DNA of 64,000 nt from the human T2T-CHM13v2.0 reference genome, Homo sapiens. The stretch is taken from the NCBI RefSeq assembly GCF_009914755.1, contig NC_060946.1; one strand, given 5' to 3'. This document shows, in pieces, positions 41,557 through 54,877 of the stretch. The notes below the pieces were generated by a model that did no database searches, had not been told where the DNA came from, and saw only the letters and a program-made list of their open reading frames with translations. A program made the position numbers and the translations under genes. Within the stretch, counting starts at the first letter, position 1, and each line of letters begins with the position of its first letter.

Positions 41557-42999
41557 CTAGAAGAAGAATTGCATAGAATTGACAGAAGAGGTGAACCCCA
41601 ATATAAAAAAAATCTTAAGTTGATAAAAAGACAAATGCTATAAACAGGGCATGAAACATGCACTTTATAGAAGAGAAAACAAGAATGGTCATAAATACAA
41701 AAAGATGTTTCATCTCACAGGTAATCAAGAAAAAGAAAAAACAACAATAAGGCAACATTTCAAACCCATAAGATTGGCAGGGATTACTAGATTGGGTAAC
41801 TGCATTGTTGGTGCTCATTTACCTGCCAAAGGGATTGTGAAATTGGCATAACCTCTGTAGAGCACCAAGTGTGGAAGGGACGGGTGGAAGTGAGGAGACA
41901 CACCGCTGGCTGTTCCAGGTGGCTACTCCAGAGGAATCTCTGCACACACATCCTTTTCACTTAAAACTGTCACAACAGATAGACCCACTTCATTTTCTTT
42001 TTCTTTTTGAGACAGCAGTCTCTCTCTGTCACCCAGGTGGCACAATCTCCACCCACTACAACTTCTGCCTCCCAGGCTCAAGGGATCCTCCCACCTCAGC
42101 CTCAGCGTATGCCCTGCTAATTTTTGTGTTTTTTGTAGAGACAGGGTTTCCCCTTGTTGCCCAGGCAGGTCCCAAACTCCAGGGCACAAACTCTATACCC
42201 GCCTCAGCCTCCCAAAGTGCAGGGATTACAGGCATGAATCACTGCACCTGACCCCAGCTCATTTTCATTTAACTGCCGAACTATGTTTCATAGAAAGGAG
42301 GGACTGGATTATTTAAATATATCTTTATTGGTAGATATTTAGGTTTGTTTTTCTTTCTGTTGTTTTTCTATTGGTGAAACAGATGCAATGGACATCCTTG
42401 AATATGCATCTTTGGGCATATATGGATAATATCTCTCTATAATAGATATCAAGACATGGTATAACTGGGTTAAAGAATAAGAACATTTAAAATGTAAGTA
42501 ATGTGAAGCAAAAAAAAAAGCCAGACACAAAAGGCCACATATTTTATGCTTCCACTTACCTGTAGATGAAATGTCCAGAACAGGCAAATCCATAGAGACA
42601 GAAAGTAGATTTAGTGGTTGCCAGGGAAAGGGAGAAGGAGGAAATTAGGAGTGACTGATACTGGCCAGGCACGGTGGCTCACACCTGTAATCCCAACACT
42701 TTGGGAGGCTGAAGTGGGTGGATCACTGGAGGCCAGGAGCTTGAGACCAGCTTGGCCACATGGCAAAACCCTGTCTCTACTTGGCCGGGTGCGGTGGCTC
42801 ACGCCTGTAATCCCAACTCTCAGGGAGGCAAGAGGTGGGAGGATAGCTTGAGCCCAGGAGTTCGAGACCTGCCTGGGCAATATAGCGAGACCCCTTTCTC
42901 CAGAAAAAGGCAAAAACAAAACAAAACAAAACAAAACAAAAGACAAAAAATATATAAAAGCCAGCTGTGGTGGCATATGCCTGTAATCCCAGCTACTCA

Positions 43000-43410
<411 letters not shown>

Positions 43411-43877
43411 TATAACTTACAAAGATTAAAAATGAAATTAGAAGTGATGGCTAGTGGGTACAGGACTTCTTTTTGGGGTGATGGAAATGTTCTGGAATTA
43501 GATAGTGGTGATGGTTGCACAAGATTCTGAATATACTAAAAAACACTGAATTGTACACTTAATGTAAATTTTATGTATATAAATTTTATCTCAATAAAAA
43601 ATTTAAATAGATATAGCCAAATCACCCTCCAAAACTGATGTCATAATTTAACTTTCAATAACAGTGTGTGAGAATACCTGTTTTTCCACATTCTTGCGAA
43701 CAGTAGATACTATCAGTCTTTAAAATTTTTGCTAATTGATAGAAAAAGATTTTTTAAAATTTGCATTTCCTTGATTGCTATTGGGACTGAACGTCTTTTC
43801 ATAAACTTACTGTCCATTTGTATTTCTTTGTTCTGTGAATCAACCGTTTATGACTTGCCTACTACTGTATTGTTTGT

Positions 43878-44058
43878 TTGTTTCTTTCTTTTTCTTTCTT
43901 TCTCTTTCTCTTTCTTTCTCTCTCTCTCTCCTTCCTCCCTCCCCTTCCTTTTCTTTCCTTTTTCTTTTCTTTCTCCCTTCCCTTCCCTTCTCTCCCCTTT
44001 GCTCCCCTCCCCTCCCCTTCTGTTTCTTTTTCTTTTCTTTCTTCCTTTCTTCCTTTCC
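43878..44058 (+). repeat. CT-rich low-complexity polypyrimidine tract
   Basis: Direct read. Confidence 0.9.
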
Positions 44059-44707
44059 CAGGTTCAAGTGATCCATCCGCCTCAGCCTCCAGAGGAGCCG
44101 GGACTATAGGCATGCGCCACCATGCCAAGCTAATTTTTGTATTTTTAGTACAGATGAGGTTTCACCATGTTGGCCAGACTGGTCTGGAACTCCTGACCTC
44201 AGGTGATCCATCCGCCTCGGCCTCTCAAAGTGCTGGGATTACAGGCATGAGCCACTGCACCCAACCTGTTCATCTTTTTCCGATTGATTTGTAGATGCTC
44301 CATGTATTATGAGTTATCAACCTTTTGTCTATTTTACGTATAGGACTGGTCAATCTTTTTCTTTGTATGTTTTGAGTGACTTTTAGAATGCGTTTACCAA
44401 CCATTATTATATCCATACTCTGTTATGTTTTGTTCTGGTATTTTTATGGATTTTCATTTATAGGTTTAAGAATTTATTGACTGGTGTGTGGGTATAGTAG
44501 GGAGGGGGTCTGTCTTTTTTCTATATATGTAGTAATCTAACCTTTATGTTTTTGTGAAATCCTACTCAGAGCATTTTATCTCATTTCTCATAGTTATAGA
44601 CAGGAAATTATTTCATATCCAGATAGAGCCTCCGTTTAACCTAAGTATTGGCTCCACAAGTCTTTTAAATGGTAAACTCCTTGAATTTAAATTCAATTAG
44701 TTTATGT

Positions 44708-44853
44708 CACGAGTAGGTCCAGGTTTTCTGGGTCTGAATTTTAATAATTTAGGGGATTGTCTTTAATGCAAGAGTACCAAATTAGGTACAGGCATATGAA
44801 GGTGCAGAGACCTGAAATCCAAGCTTCCTTAGCTTCCCAGTAAATTCACCCTG
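44708..44853 (-). mobile_element. MER53-like MITE
   Basis: tccaggtttt..ggtctgaa...aaattaggtacag...aagcttccttagcttcccagtaaattcaccctg. Confidence 0.6.
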
Positions 44854-45593
44854 GTTACATTATCAGAATGCATCTGTTACATAAAACGATGAGGAGCAGC
44901 CATCTCCATCCCTGGAGTGGTATGACTTTCTTTTGTATTCACCAGCTACCACAACTTCAGGATTTTTTTCTTCCCTTGTTGTTTAAAGAGACATTTAAGA
45001 GCAGACACATACATCAAGGTGGCTTTAATGTTGGAAGCAGAGTTAGTCCAGTGGAGAAGTTCTTTCAGCAGGGTCTTTGCCACCTCTGCATTGCTCAAAT
45101 GTGATGTATTTGATCAGTGGACTAGCTGAGAACTTGGTATAATAATGGGGGTTGTTAATCTTGCATGCCTTTGGAACCTGAATTTACAGCTTTAACTTTG
45201 CATATCTGCTTGCTTTTGCATTAGAGCTTGGTCAGCACTGTTGAGAGATTTGCAAATGCAACTAACAGGGCTTTCTTTTAGCATCCTACCCTTTCAAAAA
45301 TCCAGGAGGCAAACAATGATCAATGTTGTCATAAGTAATGCAGAGGATGGCAATAATAATAATACCTGACTTTCACCATAAGCCATGTGCTGTGCGAAAT
45401 GCTTACCTGTATTGTTTTACTTCATCCTCATCATCCCCTATAAGGCAGATGCTATTATGACCCTCACTCTACAGATGAGGAAGTTGAGGCTTAGAGAGAG
45501 GATGCCTTACTCAAGGCCTCAGAAGGGGTACTTCAGCACCCCCCCACTTCCCTTCAGGATCCTCTAAGGCCAGTGCTCTCATTTGACAAATGA

Positions 45594-45902
<309 letters not shown>

Positions 45903-46513
45903 TGATCTGCCCGCCTAGGCCTCCCAAAAGTGCTGGGATTACAGGCGTGAGCCACCACGCCCAGCCAAGCATAGTTTTAAAAACTTTGCTGGTCTTATTT
46001 AATTAAATCCCTGTAAGAGTCCTGCAAGATAAATACTATTATTATTCCTGTTTTACAGATGAGAAAGCTGAGACACAAAAATTTCCAAGGCCACATAGCT
46101 ACTATGTGAAAGATGTAGGATAAAACCTTAGGCAGCCTGCCTCCAGAGCCAGGCTCCTACCCTCACTCTACAGCTGCCTTGCAGGGAGTACTGTTAAAGC
46201 TTAGTACAGTTACGACTTACTGCATCACATCTCTGAGCCTCCCAGAAATAGAGAGATACCAAGGCCTTTCATTTATAATTTCTAAGTTATTTTTTATTTT
46301 TATAGACAGGGTCTTCCACTGTCACTCAGGCTGGAGTGTAGTGGCACAATCACAGCTCACTGTAGCCTTAACCCGTGGGCTCAAGTGACCCTCCCATTTT
46401 GGCCTCCCAAAGTCCTAGGATTACAGGCATGAGCCATGGTGCCCACCCTATTTTTTTAAATGAAGAAATGCCTAAACTGTGTTACAAAAACTGTGGCATG
46501 TTTAAAATGTTTA

Positions 46514-46879
<366 letters not shown>

Positions 46880-47984
46880 CTATTTGAAAGATAATTATGA
46901 GATTCAAAAGAAATATGAATTCATGGGGCTTTTACAGTTAAGGTGATATGGGAATGAGACATGATTTAAAGTTAATGATGAATATCTTCTTTCACTCCTG
47001 TGTCTGTAGTTTTAGGCCGCTTCATTTGGAGAACACACCAGAAGTCTTAACTTGAGGCTCTTTGAGAATGAGAGAACATAACGAAATAATGAGATTTGGT
47101 GGTATATAGAAACAGCAGCCTTGTGCCTGACCTTTGTTTTTTCACTGTTGGTGGCTAAAAGAATAAATGTTTATAGATTATACTGAAGTACTGAGCTTTG
47201 TTGTTTTTGGTAAAATGAAGAGCCACTGTACGCTGATTGATAAGAGATAGGCTTTGATTTTATATTCTACTGTATGTTTCAGTTAGTTTCTTTTTAAACA
47301 TTCTTTAACTTTTGATTATTTCCTTATCAGACTTGAGTTTTCTAGGAAAGGAGTTTTTTTTTTTAATCAGAGAATAAATTTCCAAGTCATTGTCCCCGGA
47401 GGGATAAATTAAAATGCAGGGCCTATTTCCAACCGCATTAGTGACTTCTCTGTAGCTTTAGGAAGATCAATTAACCTTTTACTCACTTCTTTGTCTGTAC
47501 AATAGGAATGGCAGTGTTGACATCAGATTTTTCCAAAGTATTTTTCAGAAACTTGGGTGAAAGGTATTAAAACTACTGCCTGCATTATTCCTGGATCCCC
47601 CTAGTAATGGGCTCCAATTACCAGTCACTTATAAGAATTTATAGGTAAGACTCTTATCATATGTTGTTAATCACAACTTTCACAGTTGTGATTTGGTGTT
47701 TTAATTCAAAAGCTACTGTTTTGGAAGTGACTGCTTTCTTTGAGGGTTAGAAAACATGCCCACATTTCCATACAAGTGTCACATTCTTGTTAGCACATCA
47801 CCCATCCATCTCTTACAGGATTATGCAACTCAGTTCATAGATATAATCAGCTTTGTATTTTCATTCAAGGATAACAAACTAGCAAGGTTGAAATCTTGAC
47901 TTGTCATCGGAATTGAATTGCTCCCTGGAGCTGGGAGGGAATGAGATTGGTCCAGCTCTGTTCAGAAATGGCAGTTATCTTTAG

Positions 47985-48098
<114 letters not shown>

Positions 48099-48338
48099 TA
48101 AATTCCCTTTTCAGGAAGACATAGCAGATATGTGGTCTAAAAGAAAGCTAACCAAAGGACTTGAAGGAATATTGGAAGTACATAGCAATTTAATTTTAAT
48201 AAATATTTTGTAATCTCCAGTAAACAGTGTGGGATCTCTGTTAAGAATATTAAAAAGCAAAGGTTTTTGGAGTTAGTTTGGGGTCACCAGGACTAGCATG
48301 GCCTGTAAATGTTTTTTCTAGCGTGGTTGTTTTTTCAG

Positions 48339-48444
48339 ATGCAGTTGAGCATCATTGATTCCCAAAGAGGAGGCTGGAGCAGAGTGTATTCAGCTTGGGG
48401 AATTGAGCTGTTTGCAGTGGCGAGGGGCGGATAGAGGAGATGAG
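48339..48444 (+). other. Latent 106-nt pseudoexon in intron 5 (in-frame stop)
   Basis: gttttttcag|ATGCAG...GATGAG|gtaggg. TAG at 48432-48434 is in frame with exon 5. Near-branch-point ttctagc at 48316-48322. Confidence 0.75.
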
Positions 48445-48957
48445 GTAGGGGTGGGCATTGTGGTTTTTAATCCTCAGTGTTGTTCATCTTATTCATTAGC
48501 CACAGAAGCAGGCCCGCCCTCCCTTTTGCTCCTGCCGATTTTACAGCCCTCACTCATCTGTCACTGGGTAATAAAGGCCCGTTTCTCACCTCTCACTCTC
48601 TTTACCTGTCCCTCGATGGCTTCTGAGCATGTGAAGGCCTGAGATGAGTGAGCATTGCTTCTGACTGAGCTCCGCTGTCAGAGGTGGTCTCTGTGATGTA
48701 TCGCCCAGGCAGGGACAGGGGCACTGCCAGATGAGGGTTGCACCTAGGTCTGAGTTATCATGCAGCTTTCTGAGTTGCTCCTCCAATAGAATGGTGCCTT
48801 ATTTACACGCCCTCTCTCTGTGTGACTATCTCCCTGGGTGTAGCTTTTTAAAAATAGCTTTACTGTTTTGTAAAAATGATGCATAATTATAAAAGTGGCA
48901 AACAATACCAAATTTACTTCATGTGTAGGTTTTTTATTTTGCTCTATTTTTTGGTAG

Positions 48958-49040
48958 GTAATAAATCTGTATCAGATGACTCCGGAAATGTGGGAGGAGA
49001 GAATTACTGCTTGGTACGCAGAGCACCGAGGCCGAGCCAG
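48958..49040 (+). CDS. NF2: NF2 exon 6 (83 nt, aa 173-200, contains Blue box YQMTPEM)
   Basis: tggtag|GTAATA...AGCCAG|gtgagg; VINLYQMTPEMWEERITAWYAEHRGRA(R). Confidence 0.97.
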
Positions 49041-49303
49041 GTGAGGCCCATTCATTGTTGGTTTACATTCCTTTATGGGCTTTTTTTTTTTTTTTTGCCT
49101 TAAAGAACTGCAAAACTAGGACATGCTTGTTAAACAAAATGCAGTACTGAAGTCTATAAAAGAAAAGGGGAGAGCTGGGGAGCTGGGAGTAACGTTGGTC
49201 TTCAGTTTTGTGTGTGTCCTTTTCTAGTACGTATGACATAAAGTAGGTATGTGTACTGCCTGTCAAGATATATAGACCTGTACTCACTGGTAATTAAGTT
49301 TAA

Positions 49304-49576
<273 letters not shown>

Positions 49577-51457
49577 TAGAGGCGTGAGCTGAGCCACTGT
49601 GCCTAGCCTGAATTTTAAGAATTCTATTGTATGGCTATCCCATTGCTTTTGCATCCATCCCTTTATTGATGGCATTTGAGTATCTGTAGGTTTTTCACTT
49701 TTACAAAAATTTCTGCAGTGCACAATCTTTTATTTTTATACAATTGTATGAGTAGTTCTGGGGATATATTCTTTTTTTTTTTTTTTTTTTTTTTGAGACG
49801 GAGTCTCACTCAGTCACCCAGGCTGGAGTGCAGTGGCGCGATCTCGGCTCACTGCATCTCCGCCTCCCAGGTTCACGCCATTCTCCTGCCTCAGCCTCCC
49901 GAGTAGCTGGGACTACAGGCACCCGCCACCACGCCTAGGCTAATTTTTTGTGTTTTTAGTAGAGATGGGGTTTCACTGTGTTAGCCGGGATGGTCTCGAT
50001 CTCCTGACCTCGTGATCTGCCTGCCTCGGCCTCCCAAAGTGCTGGGATTACAGGCATGAGCCACCGCGCCCAGCCAATATATTCTTTAAAACAAGAGTTG
50101 TTGGGACAAAGGATGTGAGCATTTTGCATTTTGCCAGGTACCACCAAATTGTTCTCCAAAAAGGCTGTACCTGTTTATACATGCCTGTCGACAAGTGTTA
50201 TGAGAGTGTCCCACCCCCCACCCCCAGTCTATCCTCAACAATTGTTTTTATCAGTCTAATTTTTGTAATCTAAAAAGTGAAAAGTTGTATTATGTTAGAA
50301 TTCCATTCCCTTGATTAGGAATTGGTCATGTTTTCATTAGCCTTTAACATTTTTTTCTCTTCTTCAAATCAGTTTCCTAACACTTTTTTTTTTAAACTTA
50401 AGTGCAACATGCATATGGAAAAGTAGACAAATTATAAGTATACAACTTGATCAATTATTGTAAGGTGAAAACACCAGAGGAAGAAATAACCTGTGTCTCC
50501 CTACCCCCAATTCCCCTTTCTTCCTCCCCAAAGGCAACCAGTCTCCTGATTTTTAATTCCAGATTGGCGTTGCCCATCTTAAACTTTGCATTCTGTTTTT
50601 TGTGTCTCCTTTTACTCAGCATCATGTTGTCAGATTGGGGTTTGTGGCATGTGGCAATAGTTTTCTCATTTTCATTGCTGTATAGACTTCCACTGTATTA
50701 GTATATTAAAAATTATTTATTCATTCTACTAATGATGGACAGTTAGGTTGTTGGGTTGTCCCCTGAGTTTTGCTATTACAATAATGTCAAACAATTTCCC
50801 AAAGTAATTGTACCAATTTACGTCAATGTGCATGATTTCTGATTTCTCCACCTTTTCACCAACACTTGGCGTTCTCTCAGGCTGGGTTTTTAAAAATTCA
50901 TTGAGAGCATTTGGAGATTGGAGAGAGAAGGAAGAGGACAAGGTCATAGGGAGACTTGAGTTAAAATATTTCAGTATGATACCTGTTTGGGAGTTTTCTG
51001 CAAGTTATTGCTACTTCAAGAGCTTACTTTAAATTATAACTTAGATGAAGGTGATCTGACTTGGGTTTTACAACCCAGATAACTCTTGCCCTAACCTCCA
51101 ACAATACTCAGGAAGCTTGCAGAGAGAGCTGTTTCATTTCCAGAACCTTCCAGGTAAAGAAAGTACACAAAGGAAAAGCAAGAACTTAAATAAAATTCCA
51201 ACACCCAAATCTGTTTGAGGGTAGAAGATAACATACCACACACTCTTGTTGAATTACTTGAGATGAGTTTACTGTTTACCAAGGGCAAGGTGGGAAACTA
51301 AGGCCAAGAAACTCCGTGATGAGTCTGTTCTCTGACTATCTTTTGATGGGGATGGGAAATTCTGCTTGACCTCAGTGTGTTTAATAGACTCAGGGCCGGG
51401 CAGAGCTTTGCTGGTGTCTGCTGTGGCTTTTGTCTTCTGGCAGCGACGTGGCTCTAG

Positions 51458-51634
<177 letters not shown>

Positions 51635-51962
51635 TGAAACCTCTCTGAGCTCCTTGTGTAGTAGACAGAGACTGAGTGAGGGCCAGACTGCTAAAATGGT
51701 TACTTCTTCATTCCAAGGCGATAGACTCTTTTATGGTTCTGTGGTAAAGAAGGAAAGAGGAAGGAAAGAGAGGTCTTAGTGCCTAACTTTCTATTTTTGG
51801 ACTTCAATTAGATCATAGGTAATTAAGTGTCACTTGAGCCTTGGGGGACTTGGACCTGGTTCTGCTCTCAGCAGAAACCTGTTTGAATGCTCTGAGTGTA
51901 AGATTTGATTATTTCTGGCTCTGTGAGATCTCCGTCCACAGGGAGCACTTGTAAGTACTTCT

Positions 51963-52010
51963 CCCCCCAACACACACCCCACCCCCATCCCCACCCCCAC
52001 CCCCACCCCA
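51963..52010 (+). repeat. (CCCCCA)n-like C-rich tract
   Basis: Seven runs of 4 or more C. Confidence 0.85.
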
Positions 52011-54547
52011 GGCACTAGTAGAGTAGATCTGCCTTTATAGATTACTGATTTGTTTGGGATTCTCACTGTGAGGCTAATTGGTTTTCTATTCAGACTATTA
52101 ATAGTCTGCTGTCTGCTGGGAACCCACTGCTTCTGCAGGGAGAGGCATTTGTGTGCAGCCCAGATCTGGGCCTTTAGAATGTCTTTCTCCTGTGGGTCAG
52201 TATCTGGATGCAGTGTATAGGCAGCTTCTTACAAAGGGATGCATGCGATTTGCCAAAGCATTTCACTACGGACTCCAAACTGCAGATGAGTAGATGTTAA
52301 AACAATGAGGCGGGTCCACCTTTATTTTCATAGTCATGCTTTGCTTTCCCTTATTGGGTTCCTACAGTTGTTGTATTAAATTCAGGTAAATTGAAACATA
52401 TTTTAAATATTCTAGGATAGCTTTCTACTTCATTTGTATTTTGTAAATACAGATTTGTATGGATTACACTGCATAAGAAAATAAGGCACACTTAAAGTGC
52501 CTAAAAGATGCTCCATAATAGTACAGGAAGTTCTTTTCTAAAGTTCTGTCAGTTTGTATTTGCTAATTGCTTGGTTTCTTTAAGGTCAAACTAATGTAAC
52601 ACATTTCTGTGGTTTTGTCAACTCAACTCCTCTTGCCCCATGTTCTGGCCACCTAGATTCTAGAAAACTAAAGTTTTATAATCCTCAGAAAACAGTTTTT
52701 TTGGTTTTTAAAAATCTTTTTTGTTTTTTAGAGGTGGAGTTTTGCTATATCGCCCAGGCCTGCTAGGCTCAAGTGATCCTTCCACCCCAGCCTTCCAAGT
52801 AGCTGGGGAGTATCACTGTGCCTGGCTGAAAAGGTTTCTTATTAGGGAATATTTCTACATCAGTCAGACTAATGGATACTGTTTTTTGTGTGTGTTTCCT
52901 ATATTGAGCAATAGACAAAGCTACTGGCTATCTTAGTGTCTTTTATGTTAAATTTCCTGAAATCTCACCATTAACTAAGGAAGATGTATGCTTAAAACAG
53001 TTTAAAAGGGGCTGCTTGAGTCCTCACCTCTCTCTCTGTTTAATCTCTAGGAGTGTTGGAGTCATAATGGTAGGAGGCAGAAGGCTGAATCTTTTTTTAA
53101 AAATTTAAACTAAATAGTCAGAAACTATTTTCTGACTATTGAAACACAATGAAACATCTCATTTTCCAAAATGTACTGCAGATGTAAAAGTACAAAGCCT
53201 CACTTCTATTAATGCAGTAGCTTTCATGGCTTTGCTGACGAGCAGAAGAGTCTCTCATGGTTTGGTGATAGCACCTGACTTCAGGATGTTAGGAGTAAAA
53301 AGATTTATGCTGGAGTACTCACTCCTCAGTCTGATATCTGCTGTTAGATGGGTACTTCTCTTCACAGTCCCAGTACCTTCTCAGTTTGCAGACCTGTTTT
53401 TCTGCCCTTGAGTCTTGGTTCAGTTTCCATTATCGTCAAGGGGTCAGGAGCTGTAGTATCCTTGTGCAGCGAGTTTCCTTCCACTCCAAATGAGGGCTAG
53501 ACCACAGCACTGGCGGGTGGACCTGCACGTGAAGATACAGCCACTCAGTCCGTCGCAGGTTCAGTGCTGTGGGAGCCCAGGGCACCCGCCGCGGGCTGCT
53601 CTGACTGCTGGCCAGGACCGCTGTCAGGGGCAGAGCATAAGTACGGCTTTTAGACAACTTTGTTGATGAATAGAATTCTTTTTGATATGTATTTCCCATC
53701 ATGCAATTATTAAAAATTTCAAACTTACAGGAAAACTGAAAGAATTTTTCAGTGAATACCCATATATATGCACAATCTAGATTCTACAGTTAACATTTTA
53801 CCAGACTTGCTTTATCACATGAAGACTACATTTTATCATAAAATGAGACCATCCAGCCCCAGGCACTGAAAATTTTCTTCCTAGTAGTCCAACAATGGTT
53901 TCTTTAAATATAAGAAATCATTAAACCTATGGGTTTTTTTTGTTTTGTTTTTTAACGAAGTCTCTCTTTGTCGACCAGGCTGGAGTGCCGGGGCACCATC
54001 TCAGCTCACTGCAGCCTTCTGGGTTCAACCAGTTCTCCTGCTCAGCCTCCTGAGTAGCTGGGATTACAGGCGCGTGCCACCATGCCCGGCTAATTTTTTT
54101 GTGTGTATTTTTAGTAGAGATGGGGTTTCACCATGCTGGCCAGGCTGGTCTTGAACTCCTGACCTCGTGAACCGCCCGCCTCGGCCTCCCAAAGTGCTGG
54201 GATTACAGGCATGAGCCACTGCTCCCCGCCTAAACCTATGGGCTTTAATTCTATACCTATGATAGCCTGCTTATTTAACCAGAGGGAACAACACTTATGT
54301 TACTCTTCCTTTAGCCATCGAGCCAGTGACAGAAGCCCTCAGTGATTGTTCTGGGGGACCCAGAAGTCACAAGAATGGAACAGTTTTGCTTCTACCTGCC
54401 CCAATTCAGAAAGCTGAAATCTTCTTGGTTTATAAGACAGCTGTGACTTCTGTTGGGACCTGCTGAAACTTGTCACATGTGACAGTGTGTGCCAGATTCT
54501 TTGGAAGGTTGAATAAAATTTTGAGCCTCAGCTGGCGCTTACAGTAG

Positions 54548-54877
<330 letters not shown>

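Noticed and set aside
53494-53640. Assignment of the intron 7 structure to an HDV-like or hammerhead ribozyme or an H/ACA RNA
   Set aside because: I could not place a P3/L3/P1.1 core, CUGANGA/GAAA motifs or H/ACA boxes. It is kept only as an unassigned structure.
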